Assembly: GCF_009914755.1 (NCBI RefSeq)
Contig: NC_060947.1
Source of the DNA: the human T2T-CHM13v2.0 reference genome, Homo sapiens
Direction: 5' to 3' (one strand)
DNA length: 64,000 bases
The position numbers and the translations under genes were made by a program. Shown piece by piece: positions 24,492 through 53,159 of the stretch. Numbering within the stretch: the first letter of the stretch is position 1; the number at the start of each line of letters is the position of its first letter. Under the pieces are notes generated by a model that saw only the letters and a program-made list of their open reading frames with translations, had not been told where the DNA came from and searched no databases.

Positions 24492-24501
24492 GGCCATCTT
24501 G
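24492..24501 (-). promoter_or_regulatory. Intact YY1 site (CAAGATGGCC) of the L1 internal promoter
   Basis: ggccatcttg on + strand at the L1 5' end. Confidence 0.85.
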
Positions 24502-25454
24502 GCTCCTCCTTCTTTGTTATAGAAAAATCACCCTTCACCACTATCATCATTGGCTACTCATCAGATAATTTATAGATGTCAGACTTTCTGATTATTCCTA
24601 CAAAGGCTATTTTGTGTTGCTTTTGAAAATATTCTTTCTTGTTAAAATGAGAAATGAAACCTAGATGTTCACATTTCGGTTGACATTTTTACCATTTCCT
24701 TCCTGACAGAAGACTAGGTCCTATCTTATTGTACTTACACTTTGATAGCCCTGTGATGGCCCGAGAAGGTGGTCTCTTTTCTACTGTGAAATTCTTGACT
24801 CTTAGGACATGTAAAGGAGGACCCAAGCCCTACCCATACCAAGCCTTTCCCTTAGAGCTCTTGCAGCCACCTATGAAATTAAAAAGGAAGTAAGCCAGTG
24901 TCAAGGTGAAAGAAATTGGAAAAAAGGAAATGAGGACCCCAGCCAATGTACAATGTACAGCCCAGCTCTTGCCCTCATTTTGAATAACTGTTCCTCCTCA
25001 TACTGCCCCCAGGGCATCCACAGCCCCCAGCTGTCCTATCCTGACCCACTACAGGTCTTACACCTTGTCTAGGGTTTCCATTCACATAATCTTCCAACAA
25101 ATCTTGCTTATTCTAGCTCTGCTTTCCTCAGGGTCCCTGTGTTTCCTAAATACACGTTAGTAGCTTATAGGTTAATGAGATAAGTGAATTCCATTAATGC
25201 ATTATGGACTACATAATGCAATGCCTTAAATTAAATATGTATCTAAGGAGAGTCTCTAATGTCATATACATGTGATAGGCTAAGAAAGAGGTATTTTGAG
25301 CAGAAGGACTTTTTTCAGGGGTAAGGTTAAATAACAACAGATGGATGTAAACTGCCCTCTAAGGATGGTGAATATGCTAACACTGTAATATTTGTTCCCA
25401 CATTAAATGGCTAATGTGGGTTAACATTGGTGGTAGGTGGGAAGGTTCTCCTCA

Positions 25455-25720
25455 CAAAATCAGGGGCCCAGAGCTAATGAGGTTTCTGCCATAATATAGC
25501 TGTACCATCTGAAACATGTGATCTCCAAGGTCATCATGGAAAGAGGAGGGGGAAGATTGAGTGGGCATATTGTTTCTTAACTGCCTCAGCCCAGCAATAA
25601 ATGCTTCAACCCCATTCTGAATAAATTGGCCAGAACTGGTCACACAACCCAATCTAATAGCAAGGCAGTTGAGAAATATAGAAAAACGCTTTGAATATTT
25701 AGTGAGCACTAATATCTGAC
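25455..25720 (-). mobile_element. MLT1 (I/J-like) MaLR LTR fragment
   Basis: attggccagaactggtcaca...ctaatagcaaggcagttgagaaatatag...gaatatttagtgagcact. Confidence 0.55.
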
Positions 25721-26206
25721 ATTGTGGGTCTGGTTAGCTGCAGGTCTTTTATTCTGCTGAAGAGCATTTGCTGGCTAAGGACTAGGACTAAGTTATTAGT
25801 GATGGTAGAGGTTGAGAGTTGTTTGTAGTTGTCCTTCTCCATCTTCCCCCATGCAGTGCTCAACATCACTATTAAACACATTTATACATAGAGAGTGTTA
25901 TTTTGAGTCTGCCAACTTAATTCTGGCCATTCACCTACGTGTTTCGATACGAACTTGGTCCATTTCTGGCAGTAAGGAAACATGCAAAGTGTTCAAGTAT
26001 TTTTAACTGATAGGAATATATGATCAAAATTTTTGGAGGCTCCTGATTTGGACTATCTTCCTAGTAGAGCACTTTCTAAAGTGTGTTTCCCACTATGCCA
26101 CTACTCCTCTCCCCTTTATGAAAATGCTCTGAGGATACAAAGAGACATCTCTATGCAAGGGCACTGGAAGTTTCAGGTGGTGTGTATGTGTGTCTCTGAG
26201 TGTTAA

Positions 26207-26340
26207 AATTTTATTTTATTTAAACTTTAGTTTCAAGGGTACATATGCAGGTTTGTTATATAGGTAAAGTCATGTCAAGAGGGTTTGTTGTGCAGATTAT
26301 TTTGTCACCCAGGTACTAAGCCTACTACCCAATAGTTATT
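26207..26340 (-). mobile_element. Very short L1PA15/16-like 3' end insertion
   Basis: gggtacatatgcaggtttgttatataggtaaa..gattattttgtcacccaggtactaagc; possible TSD agtt(t/c)caggtg at ~26170 and 26341. Confidence 0.8.
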
Positions 26341-27007
26341 AGTTCCAGGTGTGAAGTTGGGACTTTGACATTCATATTAGAGCCCTTTGACTTGGCAAAG
26401 AGTTTTGCTGCAAAATTTAAGCCCACATATTCATTCTCCTAGTTTCTTTCTAAATCTGCTAGGGGACTGTGGATAGTTGAATTGGAACAACTGCTAGGAC
26501 TCATTCCTCTACTTTTGTTACATTCCTTAGGGGATGACTCCTGCTTTGTACCCTTCTATCTCTAAGCTGAAAGTTTTACAGGTACAGGACACCATAGACT
26601 GCCAGTGCTGTATGTGTACTTAGAGGTACTAGTTCCAACAATATTCCAAAAATGGGAATAGGGCCAGGAGAGAAACAGAAAATTTGTATCCAAATTATTT
26701 ACCCTATCATTGATCATATTCTTTTTTTTTCAAGTTTCTATCTGAGCCAGTATGCCATGTTATGCTTAGAAGTCAAGAAGTGGGCATTGAAGACTGTTTG
26801 GGTTAATGGAGAAAACCCTCATAGATTGAAGGATCACAGACTCAGGGGTGGGGAAGACCATAAAGGAATGCTTTGAATTACTATCTTACTACATTAAATT
26901 AATATTGATCTCTGGGCCATGTTTTTACGTCCTGCATCTGTGTTTCTGTGAGGATTATCTCAAACCCAAGAGAACAAACCATTGTTATTTTTTTTTTTAC
27001 TGTTCTG

Positions 27008-32276
<5,269 letters not shown>

Positions 32277-32329
32277 GTTCATATTTATGTTTAAAAATCT
32301 TCTCTATAGCCTGAAATGACTACTTCTTC

Positions 32330-32480
32330 AATATTCATTCAATAAATGTTTATTGAATGTATGCCTATTCTCAGCCTAACAGTACTCTAGATAGTGAGGC
32401 TGCAGAGGTAAACAAGAAACCCTAAAACAAGAATCTCATCTTCATGGAATTAACATTATGGCATTTCTAACAGGAAAGAC
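32330..32480 (-). mobile_element. L2 3' end fragment
   Basis: attcattcaataaatgtttattgaatg..tactctagatagtgaggctgcagaggtaaacaag..tcttcatggaattaacatt. Confidence 0.65.
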
Positions 32481-34204
32481 AGTAAGATGATAGATTTTAG
32501 TTTTTGTTTTGTTTTTGCACTTAACTAATCACTAACCAGTATTACCTAGGTTATTTCTGAATGGCCCAATTCTCTCTTTATATTTACATTGAAAAATATT
32601 AAGTTCACCCTTTGTTTTTTTTTTGCACATTGTAAGAATTCTAATATTTTCATCAAATTTGGAAACAAAATCAAGAAGAGCTACAAACACTTCAATTACA
32701 CTAGCTCAGGAAGATAAAATACTTACAACTCATAGGATTATCACAACAATACCAAGTCACCAGGGTACAATGAGTCAAGCAACTATTTAAGCAGAAATAT
32801 ATCTTCATCATATACCCCCATAGGTTTTAAATTGAATAGTTAATTCTAATAGCTGATCATTTTCCTGGCAAATGGTTAAATTAGAAGAAAGTATAATTAT
32901 ATCACAATTACAAACATATCTCTGTGTTTCTTTAAATAGCACCTTTTTCATATATTATTAAATATTTAACAATAGAAGAGACTAAAAGCTTAATTTTCCT
33001 ATGCCCTTTCTGGGTGTATATGAATGAGAAATTGATCACAAAAATCTGAAATTATAATAATAAAAAACATTTACATATACTTTGTTTTGTTTTATTATAC
33101 AGAAAACTAAAAGAAAAAATTATTTGATTTAGCACAAATCACCTGGCAACCCTATTCCCATGTGCCGGTGTTCACGATAAACATTTTTATCAACCTACAC
33201 TGTGCTTGCATTACTATAGTCACCAGACAAGAGGGCTTTTTTCTCTGATATTACCTCAGCAGCTGTGGCAGAGGTGGCAGGGGAATGAAGGGCAGTGTAA
33301 CAACAGTAAGGGGAAAAAAAGACATATGCTTGTAAGCGTGACTCTATCTCTTCTCCCTGGAACATAATGACTTTGGAGTTTACACTAAACATAGCTGTCT
33401 TTTGTCTCTCCTCAAAGTCAATTTAAAATACATCTCCCTGTCTACAAACATCTCATTCACTAATGCCTAAAATTCACTTTAGGGAGCTATTTCATTCAGT
33501 TACCTCTTGTCCTGGACCAGATGTCTCTGTGAATGTCAGTCACCCAAAAGAGAAACACATTTTTCTCCATCCCTTAGATTAATGGAGTTTATGAGGTCAT
33601 TTTTATCTTATAATGGGAAGGGCATAAAGGAGCTAGAAGGTGTCAGTCCTGGTCTTAAGCCTAGCTTCTTTCAGGTTTTCCCACAGGCCAGGAGACCCTT
33701 AGAATGCCACAGCTTTTAGGTTATTCTTCCCCAGTGTTCGTCTTCCTATCTCACCCAACAGTATCTGTTGTATTTTATGTCCTTTGTAAACCATGTAATC
33801 CTAAATGTGGTTATTTGGCTCTCCTTTTTATGCTTCATAATCAATTGTTCCATAATCATTTGAGCTAGAAAATTATGCAAACCCTGTGTATGTCCACCTG
33901 GGGCTTGAAGCCACCTGTCAGAGCATACACATGACCTGTGAACTATGTTATATTGCCATCTAGAAATATAAGCAAACAGGCATAAGAGCTGGAACTCCAG
34001 TAGAGTCCCAGATACTGTGGGTAGTTAAAAGTTTCATTTTACACCAAGCACATATACCACACCTGTAATGTTCAGTTTTCTGTCCAGCAGAAAATAAGAA
34101 CAGAGTAGATTTTGATTACAAAATTTAAACACTGGGAACCACGGTATTTTCTGCCTTAGAGACATAAAGCCCACCCAGTATTTTTGTGACCATCTTAAGG
34201 GATT

Positions 34205-34300
34205 GTCTTGTGAAAGTCCTTTTCTTTCTCTGGACCTCAATTCTGCCACCTGTAACATGAGGTTAGTGGAATAAACAATTTTGGAGTCCCTGTAACTCTG
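34205..34300 (-). mobile_element. MIR fragment
   Basis: tctctggacctcaattctgccacctgtaacatgagg. Confidence 0.45.
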
Positions 34301-35697
34301 ACCTTCTCTAGTTTTATATAGATTATCCAAATAAAAATTGTGGCTCTGTGATTTCATTGATCTTAGCAGAAATAAATAAAAATGACCCATTCACAAGCAA
34401 TGCCTTTATTTGACTTGATTCAGAGCTCACACGGTAGACACAGGCTTTTCTGGGGTCTTTTGTTGAATGAAATCAGTGGCAAATTTTTAATATTTCAGCT
34501 ACCTGAGACAGAGACAACAGTTGGGGGAATCAGCAAGCTGACCAAAAAATGTAAAAGAAAAGCCTGTGGGATAAAGACATCCAAAGAGGGCTTTGAATAA
34601 CTTGGACATATTTCTCAGAAACTAGAAGTTTATGTATAAGTAAGGCTATGCACATGCCCAGAGTTGCATATATGCCTAAGGTCTAACCTCTGAAAGATCT
34701 CCACGCTATGCACAGCAGAAAGTAAAGGCTAAGGCAGAGGTGTAAACTGCCTTCTTGAGTGTTGAAGGCATGCCACAACATATTTAAGAAGTTCAATAAG
34801 CTCCAAATTGTATAAATTCAAAGAGACCCACACTGGAAGAAATTATAATAAACTTACAAAAGCCAAAGTCAAGGAGAGAATCTTGAAAGCCATAAGAGAT
34901 AAATGATTCATCATATACAAGTATTCTTCAATAAGACTGCTAGGTAATTTATCATCAGAAACCAGGAAAGCCAAAGGCCAAAAGGATGGAAAATTATATG
35001 CAAAATGATACTATGCATACTATACTAACAAAAACAAAGCTGGGCTGGCTATATTAGTATCAGACAAAATAGACTTTAAGACAAAAATTCTTACTAGAGA
35101 AAATGAAGGTCATTTTAAAATGACAAAAGAGGCAATCTATTAAGAAGATACAACAATTATAGACATACGTACTTGACAACAGAACACAAATATACATAAA
35201 ACAACTGACAGAATTGAAGGAAGAAATGGATAATTCAATAATAATAGCTGGAGAGTCCAGTATCTCATGTTTTATAATGACCAGAACTAGACAAAAGTTA
35301 AGCTAGGAACTAGAATACTTGAACAATACTGTAAACCACTATCAACATGTACAGAATTCTGTATCCAACAACAGGCCAATATATCTTTGTCTCAAGGGTC
35401 TTGAAACTTTCTCTGGAATTAACTACATGTTTGTTTTGGCCATAAAATGTTTTAATAAAATTAAAATTTTTAAAATCACACAAAGCATGTTCCACATCCA
35501 CAATGAAATTAAAATAGAAATTAGTAACAGGTAAAATTAGAAAAATCACAGATATGTGGAAATTAAACAATCTATCACTAAATAATCAATGAACAAATGA
35601 AGAAATCACAAGGAAAATTTGAAAATACTTTGAAACAAAAACAAACTCAAAATGTAAACTTACAGAATGCAGATAAAGTAGTGCTATAAAAATTTTA

Positions 35698-35991
<294 letters not shown>

Positions 35992-35992
<1 letters not shown>

Positions 35993-36105
35993 AAAGAAAG
36001 AAAGAAGGAAAGACAGGAAGGAAGGCAGGAGAGAAGGAAGAAAGGAGGGAAGGAAGGAAGGGAGGGAGGGAGGGAGGGAAGGAAGGAAGGAAGGAAGAAA
36101 GGAAA
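35992..36105 (+). repeat. (GAAA/GGAA/GGGA)n polypurine tract from the Alu tail
   Basis: ~110 bp almost entirely A/G. Confidence 0.95.
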
Positions 36106-36349
36106 TCATAGCTGTAATAACTTGTATTTTTAAAAGAAAAAATCAAATAATAACAGTAATAAGGATTAGAGCAAGATAATTAAAATAGAGAATATAAAAA
36201 CAGAAAATTAAATATAGAGTTACCATATGACCCAAGAATTTTACTCCTAGGTATTTGCCAAAGAGAACTGAAAATACATACCTACATAAAAACTTGTACA
36301 TAAATCTTCATTTTAACATTATTCATAACAATCAAAAGCTGGAAACACT

Positions 36350-36563
36350 ATCTTGGTTAAATTTATTCCTAGGTACTTTTGTGATGCTACTGTAAATGGG
36401 ATTTTTTTTAAACTTCTTTTTCAGTTAGGTCATTATTTGTGTATAAAAAATGCTACTGACTTTTGTATGTCAATTTTGTATTCTACAACTTTACTATTTT
36501 ATTATTTCTGAATTTTTTTTTGTTTTTTTTACATATAGGATCATGCCATTTGCACATAGAGAT
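36350..36563 (-). mobile_element. Old L1 ORF2 fragment, host of the L1PA3 insertion (resumes ~38437-38470)
   Basis: aaatttattcctaggtac..gctactgacttttgtatg..ggatcatgccatttgcac. Confidence 0.7.
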
Positions 36564-45733
<9,170 letters not shown>

Positions 45734-45749
45734 CACTATCTTTTTTTTA

Positions 45750-48700
45750 TAACGAGGTTTTTGAGGGTTTTTTATCCTGAAGGAATGTTGAACTTTGTCA
45801 TATTCTTTTGGAGCATCCATTCAAATGATCACATGAGTTTTTTCTTCATTCTGTTGAACCATACTTACATCTCTGGGATAAATCCCACTGGTTATGATGA
45901 ATTATCTATTTAATGGATTGTTGAATTAGGTTTGCTAGTATTTTGTTGAGAATTCTTGCATGAATATTCATCAGTGATATTGGTCTATAGTATTATTTCT
46001 CAAAATGACTTCATCTGATTGTAATATCAGGGTAACGACCTCATAGAATGAGTTCAAGTGTATTCACTCTGCCTCTGTTTTTTGTAATTGTTTGATTAGG
46101 GTTGGCGTCAGTTTTTGTTTGTTTGTTTTTCTTACTTGTTTAGTAAAATTCAACAGTGAAACAACTGTATCCCAAGCCTTTTTTACAGGGAGACTTTTTA
46201 TTATCATTTCAATCTTGTTACTTGTTATTGGTCTGTTCAGGTTTTGGATTTCAATCTTGGTATGGTATGTCTAAGAATTATTCAATTTCCTCTAGATTTT
46301 CCAATTTATTGGCATACAATTGCTCAGAGTAGCCACTAATGATCCTTTGAAATTCTACAGTTTCAGTTGTAATGTCTCCTTTTTCATCTCTAATTTTATT
46401 ATTTGGTTCTTCTCACTTTCTTATTTAGTCTGGCTAAAAATTGGTCGATTTCATTTACTTTTTTAAAAAAATACAAAGTTTCATGTCTTTGAGCTTTTGC
46501 ATTGTTTTCTTCATTTTAATTTCATTTATCCCTATCTGATACTTATTTTTTTTCCTGCTAATGTTGGATTTGATTTTCCCTTGATTTCTAGTTCTTTAAG
46601 ATGCATTGATCGGTATCTTGTTTACATTTTCCTTTTTATTTTTTGATGCAGGCACTTAAAGTTATAAATTTACCTATTAGTACTGCCGTTGCCATACCCC
46701 ACAGATTTTGGTATGTTGTGCTTCCATTACTTGTTTCAACAAATTTTTCAATTTTCTTCTTAATTTCTTCATTGACCCACTGGTATTCAGGAACATTTTT
46801 TTTTAATTTCCATGCATTTGTGTAGTTTCCAAAATTCCTTTTGTTATTGACTGTAAGTTTCATTCTATTGTGGTCAGAGAAGATCCTTTGTATTATTTCA
46901 ATAATTTTGAATGTTTTAAGAATTGTTTCATGACCTAATATATGGCCTATTCTTGATAATTATCCATTTGTTGATGAAATGAATGTTTATTCTGGAGCCC
47001 TTGTGTGAAATATTCTGTAAATATCAGTAAGGTCCCTTTGTTCTTTAGTGCAAATTAAGTCTGATATTTATTTGTTGATTTTCTGTCTGGAAGGTCTGTC
47101 CAATGATGAAAGTGAGGTGTTGAAATCTCCAGTAATTATTTTATTGGGGTCTATCTCTCTCATTAGCTCTAATAATACTTGCTAAATATATCTAAGTGGT
47201 CCAGTGTTTGATGGATATATATTTAAAACTGTTATATCTTCTTGCTGAAATGACTTTTTAAATTTATTTAGTGACCTTCTTTGTGTCTTTTTTCAGTTTG
47301 TGTCTTAAAACCTATTTTGTCTGATATAAGTATAGCTACTGCTGTTCTTTCCCATTTCTTCATTTTCAGTCTATCTGTATCTCTATAGATGAAGTGTTTT
47401 TCTTGTAACCAACACATCATTAGGTCTTGCTTTTGTATTCGTTCAACCACTCTATGTCTTTTGACTGGAGACTTTCATGCGTGTATATTAAATGTTATTA
47501 TTGATAAGTAAGGACTTACTCCTGACATTTTGTTATTTGTTTTCTGGTTGTTTTGAGGTCTTTCCTTTTTTTATTTTCTTCCCATCTTTCTTAAATTAAA
47601 CATGATTTTATCAGATGTTATGATTTAATTTTTTTGCTTTTTTTGTGTGTGTATATCTGTTGTAGGCTTTTTGATTTGTGGTTGCCATGAGACTTGTAAA
47701 TACTATCTTCTAACCCATTGTATTTAGCTGATAAATACTTTTTGCAAAAACAAACAAAGGTAAAAGCAAAAAGCAAACTAATAAAACTCTACACTTTAAC
47801 TTTGCCTTTCTGCTTTTTAACTTTTGTTGTTTCTATTTATATGATATTGTTATGTAATTACTATTTTGGGTTAGTTCATTGATTAGTTTTTTATGAAAAA
47901 CTATATCATGTAATTATTTTGATTGGTTCATTGTTTAGTTTTTCTACTTAAGAGTAGTTTACACATCATAATTACCATGTTATAATGTTCTGTGTTTTCT
48001 ATTTGCTATTACCAGTGAGTTTTGTACCTTCAGATGATTTTTTATTGCTTAGTTACATCCTTCTCTTTCTGAGTGAACAATTCCCTTTAACATTTCTTGT
48101 AGAATAGGTCTGGTGTTGATGAAAAGCATAAGCTTTTGTTTTGCTAAGAAAGTCTTTATTTCTTCATCATTCTTGAAGATTATTTTCACCAGATATACTA
48201 TTTTAGGGTAATTTTTTTTCCTTCCACACTTTAAATATGTCATGTCACTCTCTCTTGGAATGTAAGATCTCCACTGAAAAGTCTGCTACCAGGTATATTG
48301 GTGCTCCATTGTATAATATTTTTTCTTGTCTCTTGCTCTCTTTAGAATCTTTTCCTTATCACTGATATTTGGAAGTTTGATTTTTAAGTGTCTTGAGGTA
48401 GTCTTCTTTGGTTTAGATCAGCTTGGTATTTATAACATTCTTATGTGGGAGTATTTTTTTTTGTAGTTTTTGCAGTCTGGACATTTTTGTTCCTGTCCTT
48501 CCTGTGAAGGCTTTTCAGGTATTCAAAGATACATGGGTCTCAAGCCCAATAATGCTGTGGCTCTTGCAGACTTAAATTAGTCCAGTCTCATGCTGCTATG
48601 AAGAAATAACTGAGACTGGGAAATTTATAAAGGAAAAAGTTTTAACTGATTCACAGTTCCGGATGGCATGAGAAGCCTCAGGAAACTTACAATTATAGCA

Positions 48701-51700
48701 GAGGGCACCTCTTCACAGGGCAAAAGGGGAGAGAATGAATGCCTAGCGAAGGGGGAAGCCCCTTATAAAACCATCAGATCTCATGAGAACTAACCACTAT
48801 TATCAGAACAGGATGGAAGAAACCACCCCCATCATTTAATTATTTCCACCTAGTCCCTCCCACGACATGTAGGAATAATGAGAACTACAATTCAAAATAA
48901 GAGTTTATTGGGGTCACAGCCAAACCATATCATTCTACCCCTAGTCCCTCCCAAATCTCATGTCCTCACAATTCAAAACACAATCATGTCCTTGTAACAG
49001 TCCCCTGCAGTCTTAATTCATTTTGGCATGAACTAAAACATCGAAGTACAAAGTGTGATCTGAGAGAAGCCAAGTCCCTTCTGCTTATGCCCGGTAAAAT
49101 CACAAGCAGTTTAGTTACTTCCTAGATACAATGAGGTTACAGGCTTTGGGTAGGTACAGCCATTCAAAATGGGAGAAATTGGCCAAAACCAAAGGCCCCA
49201 TCCAAGTCTGAAATCCAATAGAGCAGTCGTTAAACCTTAAAGTTGTAAAATGTATTTCTCTGACTCCATGTCTCACATCCAGGTCATGCTGATGCAAGAG
49301 GAGGACTCCCACAGCCTTTGGCATCTTTGTCCCTGTAGCCTTGCAGGGCACAACTCTCCGTCCTGGCTGCCTTCACAGCTGGCAATGAGGGTCTGTTGCT
49401 TTTCCAGGTGCATGGTACAAGCTTTTGGTAGATTGTACCATTCTGGGGTCTGAAGGACAGAGGTCTTCTTCTCACAGTTCCACTGGGCAGTGCCAAAGTG
49501 GAGAGTCTGTGTGGGGGCTCCAACTCCAAATTTCCCTTCTATACGGCCCTAACAGAGGTTCTTCATGAGGGCTCCACCCCTGCACCAGACTTCTGCTGGA
49601 CATCCAGGAATTTCCATACATCCCCTGAAATCTAGGTGGAGGTTCCCAAACCTCAATTGTTGTATTCTGTGCACTGGCAGGCCCAAAACCATGTAGCAGC
49701 TGTGAAGCATTGGGGCTTGCACCTTCTGAAGCAATGGCCTGAGCTGTATCTTGGCCACTTTTAGCCACAGCTGGAGCTGAAACAGCTGGAACACAGGGCA
49801 CCTTGTTCCAAGGCTGCAGAGAGCAGGGAGGCCCTGGACTTGGTCCATGAAACAATTTTTTTCCTCCTAGGCTTCTGGCCCTGTGGCTGGATGGGAGAAG
49901 ATCTGTGACACTCCCTGGAGACCTATTCCCCATTGTCTTGGTGATTAACATTCAGCTCCTTGTTACTTATGCAAATTTCTGTAACAGGTTTGTATTTCTC
50001 ACCAGAAAATGGGTATTTCTTTTCTGTCGCATCATCAGGCTGCAATTTTTCTAAACTTTTATGCTCTGCTTACTCCTGAATGCTTTGCTGCTTTAAAATT
50101 TCTGTTGCCAGATACCCTAAATCATCTCGTTCAGGTTCAAAGTTCCATGGATCTCTAGGGAAGGGGAGAAATGCTGCCAGTCTCTTTGCTAAGCATAACA
50201 AGAGTCACCTTTGTTCCTGTTCCCAACAAGTTCCTCATCTCCATCTGAGACCACTTCAGCCTGGACTTCATTTTTCATATCACTATGAGCATTTTGGTCA
50301 AAGCCATTTAACAAGTCTCTAGGAAGTTACAAACTTCCCCACATCTTTCTTTCTTCTTCTGAGCCCTCTAAACTCTTACAAATTCTGCCTTTAACCCAGT
50401 TGCAAAGTCGCTTGTGCATTTTTTGTATCCTTATAGCAGCACCCCACTCTATGTGGTACCAAGTTACTGTATTAGTCTGTTCTCATGCTGCTATAATGAC
50501 ATACTCAAGACTGGGTAATTTATAAAGAAAAGAGGTTTAATTGACTCACAGTTATGTACAGCTAGGGAGGCCTCAGGAGACTTACAATCATGGTGGAAGG
50601 CATCTCTTCACAGGATGGCATGGGAGAGAATGAGTGCCCAGTGAAGTGCGAAGCCCCTTATAAAACCATCAGATCTCATGGGAACTAACTCACTATCACG
50701 AGAACAGGATATGGGAAATCGCTCCTGTAATTCAATTATTTCCACCTGGCCCATCCCATGACATATAAGGATTATGGGAACTACAATTCAAGATGAGATT
50801 TGGGTGGGGACACAACCAAACCATATCAAGACTCATAGCCATACAACTGTGGTGGTCTTGGATAAGATCCAGAAGAATTCTCTGGATTGTCAGGCCAAGA
50901 CTCTTGTACTTTTTCCTTACTTTCTTTCAAATAATGGAGTATCTCTGTGCTAGAGCTGCATGCAAATGGTGTTGGGGGACAAAAGCACCCATGTGTCCAG
51001 CACCACTGGGACTTTGCTGTTTCAGACCTGAAGCCAACACTTCACTGGGTCTTGCCCAAGGCCCACTGTAACCACTACCTGTCTACTACTTATAGTCATT
51101 CAAGGTTTCAGGGCTCTACAATCAGCAATCAGCAGGTGGCAAAGCCACCGATGTTTGTATCTCTCTTTTTAGAGCAGTGAGTTCCCCCAGGACCTGAGTG
51201 GGTCCAGAGATGGTGTCTGGGAGCCAGAGATTGGAATCAAAAACATTAGAAATTTACCTGTTGTTCTATTCTACTGTGGCTAAGCTGTCCCTCAAACCAC
51301 AAGACAAAGTCCTTCCCACTCTACCCACCCATTTCCACAGGTGAAGGAGTCTCTCTCTCTCTCTCTGGCCACTACCACCACTAGCCAATGGGGGTTTCTC
51401 CCACGCCACCAGTGATGTGGCCCAAGAGCTTTTCAGTCAGCTTATGATGAATGTTGCCTGGCCTGGGACTCACCCTTAAGGGCAGTGTGTTTCTCTATGG
51501 GCCACGGGAGGTCCAGATATGCTGTCCAAGAGTCTAGGCCTGGACTCAGGAATGCCAAGATCCCACTTAATTCTTTACCTTCCATGGCTGAACTGGAACC
51601 TAAGGTGGAAGACAAAGTCTCTGTTACTTTTCTCTCTGCTATTCTCAAACAGAAGGAGTCTTTCGCTGCAGTCACCACAGCTGGGAATGTGCTGGGTCAC

Positions 51701-52726
51701 ACCTGAAGCAAGCATGTTCCAGAGCCCAAGGCCCACAGAGTGCTACCTGGCTCCGGATGAGTATATATACTATCTGTGTATTGCTGCTGGTTATTCATGG
51801 CCCAAGGGTTCTTTAGCCAGCAGCTGATGAATCCTGCCATGATTTGGCCCTTCCCATCAAGGCCGTGGGTTCCACCCTTCTGGCCAAGGGTGTGTCTAGA
51901 AATGTCATCCAGGAGCTAGGTCCTAGAAGGGACACCTCACAACTCTGCCCACTGCCATATCTATCCTATTGTGGCTGAGCTGGTATCCAGGATGCAAGAC
52001 GAAGTCCTCTTTGCTCTTCCTCTTTATCCTTTCTTCTCTTTTCCTTAAGCAGAAAGAAGGAGTTACCTTTATTGCTGCCAGAAGCATTGCATAGGGTTGG
52101 GAATGTGTGTCTCAAGCACTCCCTTAGCCACCCCATCTGCTCTCTCTCTAGGTCACATGCCAACCTAGTCCACTGTCTCTAAGCCCAGCCCAGCACTACT
52201 AGTTCCCCAGTAATTGCCATCCTTGTGTCCTAGATTGCCTTTCAAGTTTACTTAGGATTCCAGAGCACTTTGTCCTGTGGTGAAGAGACCTGCCAAGAAA
52301 CTCAGCTTCTGACCACTGAGATGGGCGATTCTTCTCTGGCTAGGGTTCGTCAAAATGTACTTTCTGTGCGTGGGTGCCAGCTGAGCCCAGCACAGCTTTT
52401 CTCTCTGCAGTGACAGGGTAGCACTGAGTTGAATGTAAAGTACCCTAGTTGCTGCACTCTCCCTCCCACAAGGGTAGATTCTCTCTTGTCATGTGGCCAC
52501 TGCCAGGGGTTGGGTAAAGGGTGGCATTGGCAATTCAAGAGGGACTTCCTACTCTCTTCAGTGTCTCTTTCAGTGATATGAAGTAAAACCCAAGTACTGT
52601 GTGTGCTTAACTGATTTTTAGTTTTTGTGATGGTGCTTTTTGTGTGTAGTTAGTTGTTAAAATTTGGTTTTCCTGCTTGTGGGGGATGAATGGTATAGGC
52701 TTCTGTACAGCCATCTTGCTCTGCCC
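45750..52726 (-). mobile_element. L1MA/L1PB-type element from mid-ORF2 to 5' end, with ORF1 deletion, interrupted by THE1
   Basis: Remnants NKRNFGNYTNAWKL, QKQDLMMCWLQE, INTRPILQEMLKG; 5' terminus ccatcttgctctgccc at ~52711-52726. Confidence 0.85.
48573..50828 (-). mobile_element. Complete THE1 (MaLR, C/D-like) element: 3' LTR 48573-48932, internal 48933-50467, 5' LTR 50468-50828
   Basis: Two ~360-bp direct LTRs ending ccatatca; polypurine tract (ttctacccct on +) and ggtaccaagttac next to the LTRs; perfect 5-bp TSD agact at 48568-48572 and 50829-50833. Confidence 0.95.
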
Positions 52727-53159
52727 TATATAACTCTTAATATTTGGAAATTTGCAAGCATCTGGGTGATTGAAATTATCACAACCTATAAAATATGTTT
52801 GTGATCAACAACATTGATGGATAAACTCATGCAATAATTTTCATTTAAGGTTAAACTCCACAATGTTTAGATAAATACTGGCTGGGTGATGGGCTAAATT
52901 TAAATGAATGGATGGACTGATGAATGTATAGATGGATAAATAGTGGCACAGATAAATGAGTAAATATGATTTCATTACATGTTGAGTAAGTTCATTTTAT
53001 TGGTTAAAATAATAATGATACTATGTTTTTCAGATTGTGTAATTCATATTATTATTATATTGACTCTTTACTTATAATTCTTCATTTATATAGTTTTAAA
53101 CAATTTCCATTGTAAATAAATTTGCCAGGTAGTGATATTTAGCACTTTAAGCATTATAG

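Noticed and set aside
32336-32359. Perfect hairpin cattcaataaa-tg-tttattgaatg as a miRNA
   Set aside because: Near-palindrome intrinsic to the L2 3' end; too short for a precursor.
47851-47945. Imperfect ~55-bp tandem duplication in the L1 inter-ORF region
   Set aside because: Old, AT-rich and degenerate, with no sign of function.
49472-49951. 159-aa ORF in the THE1 internal region
   Set aside because: Degenerate MaLR internal sequence with no evidence of an intact gene.
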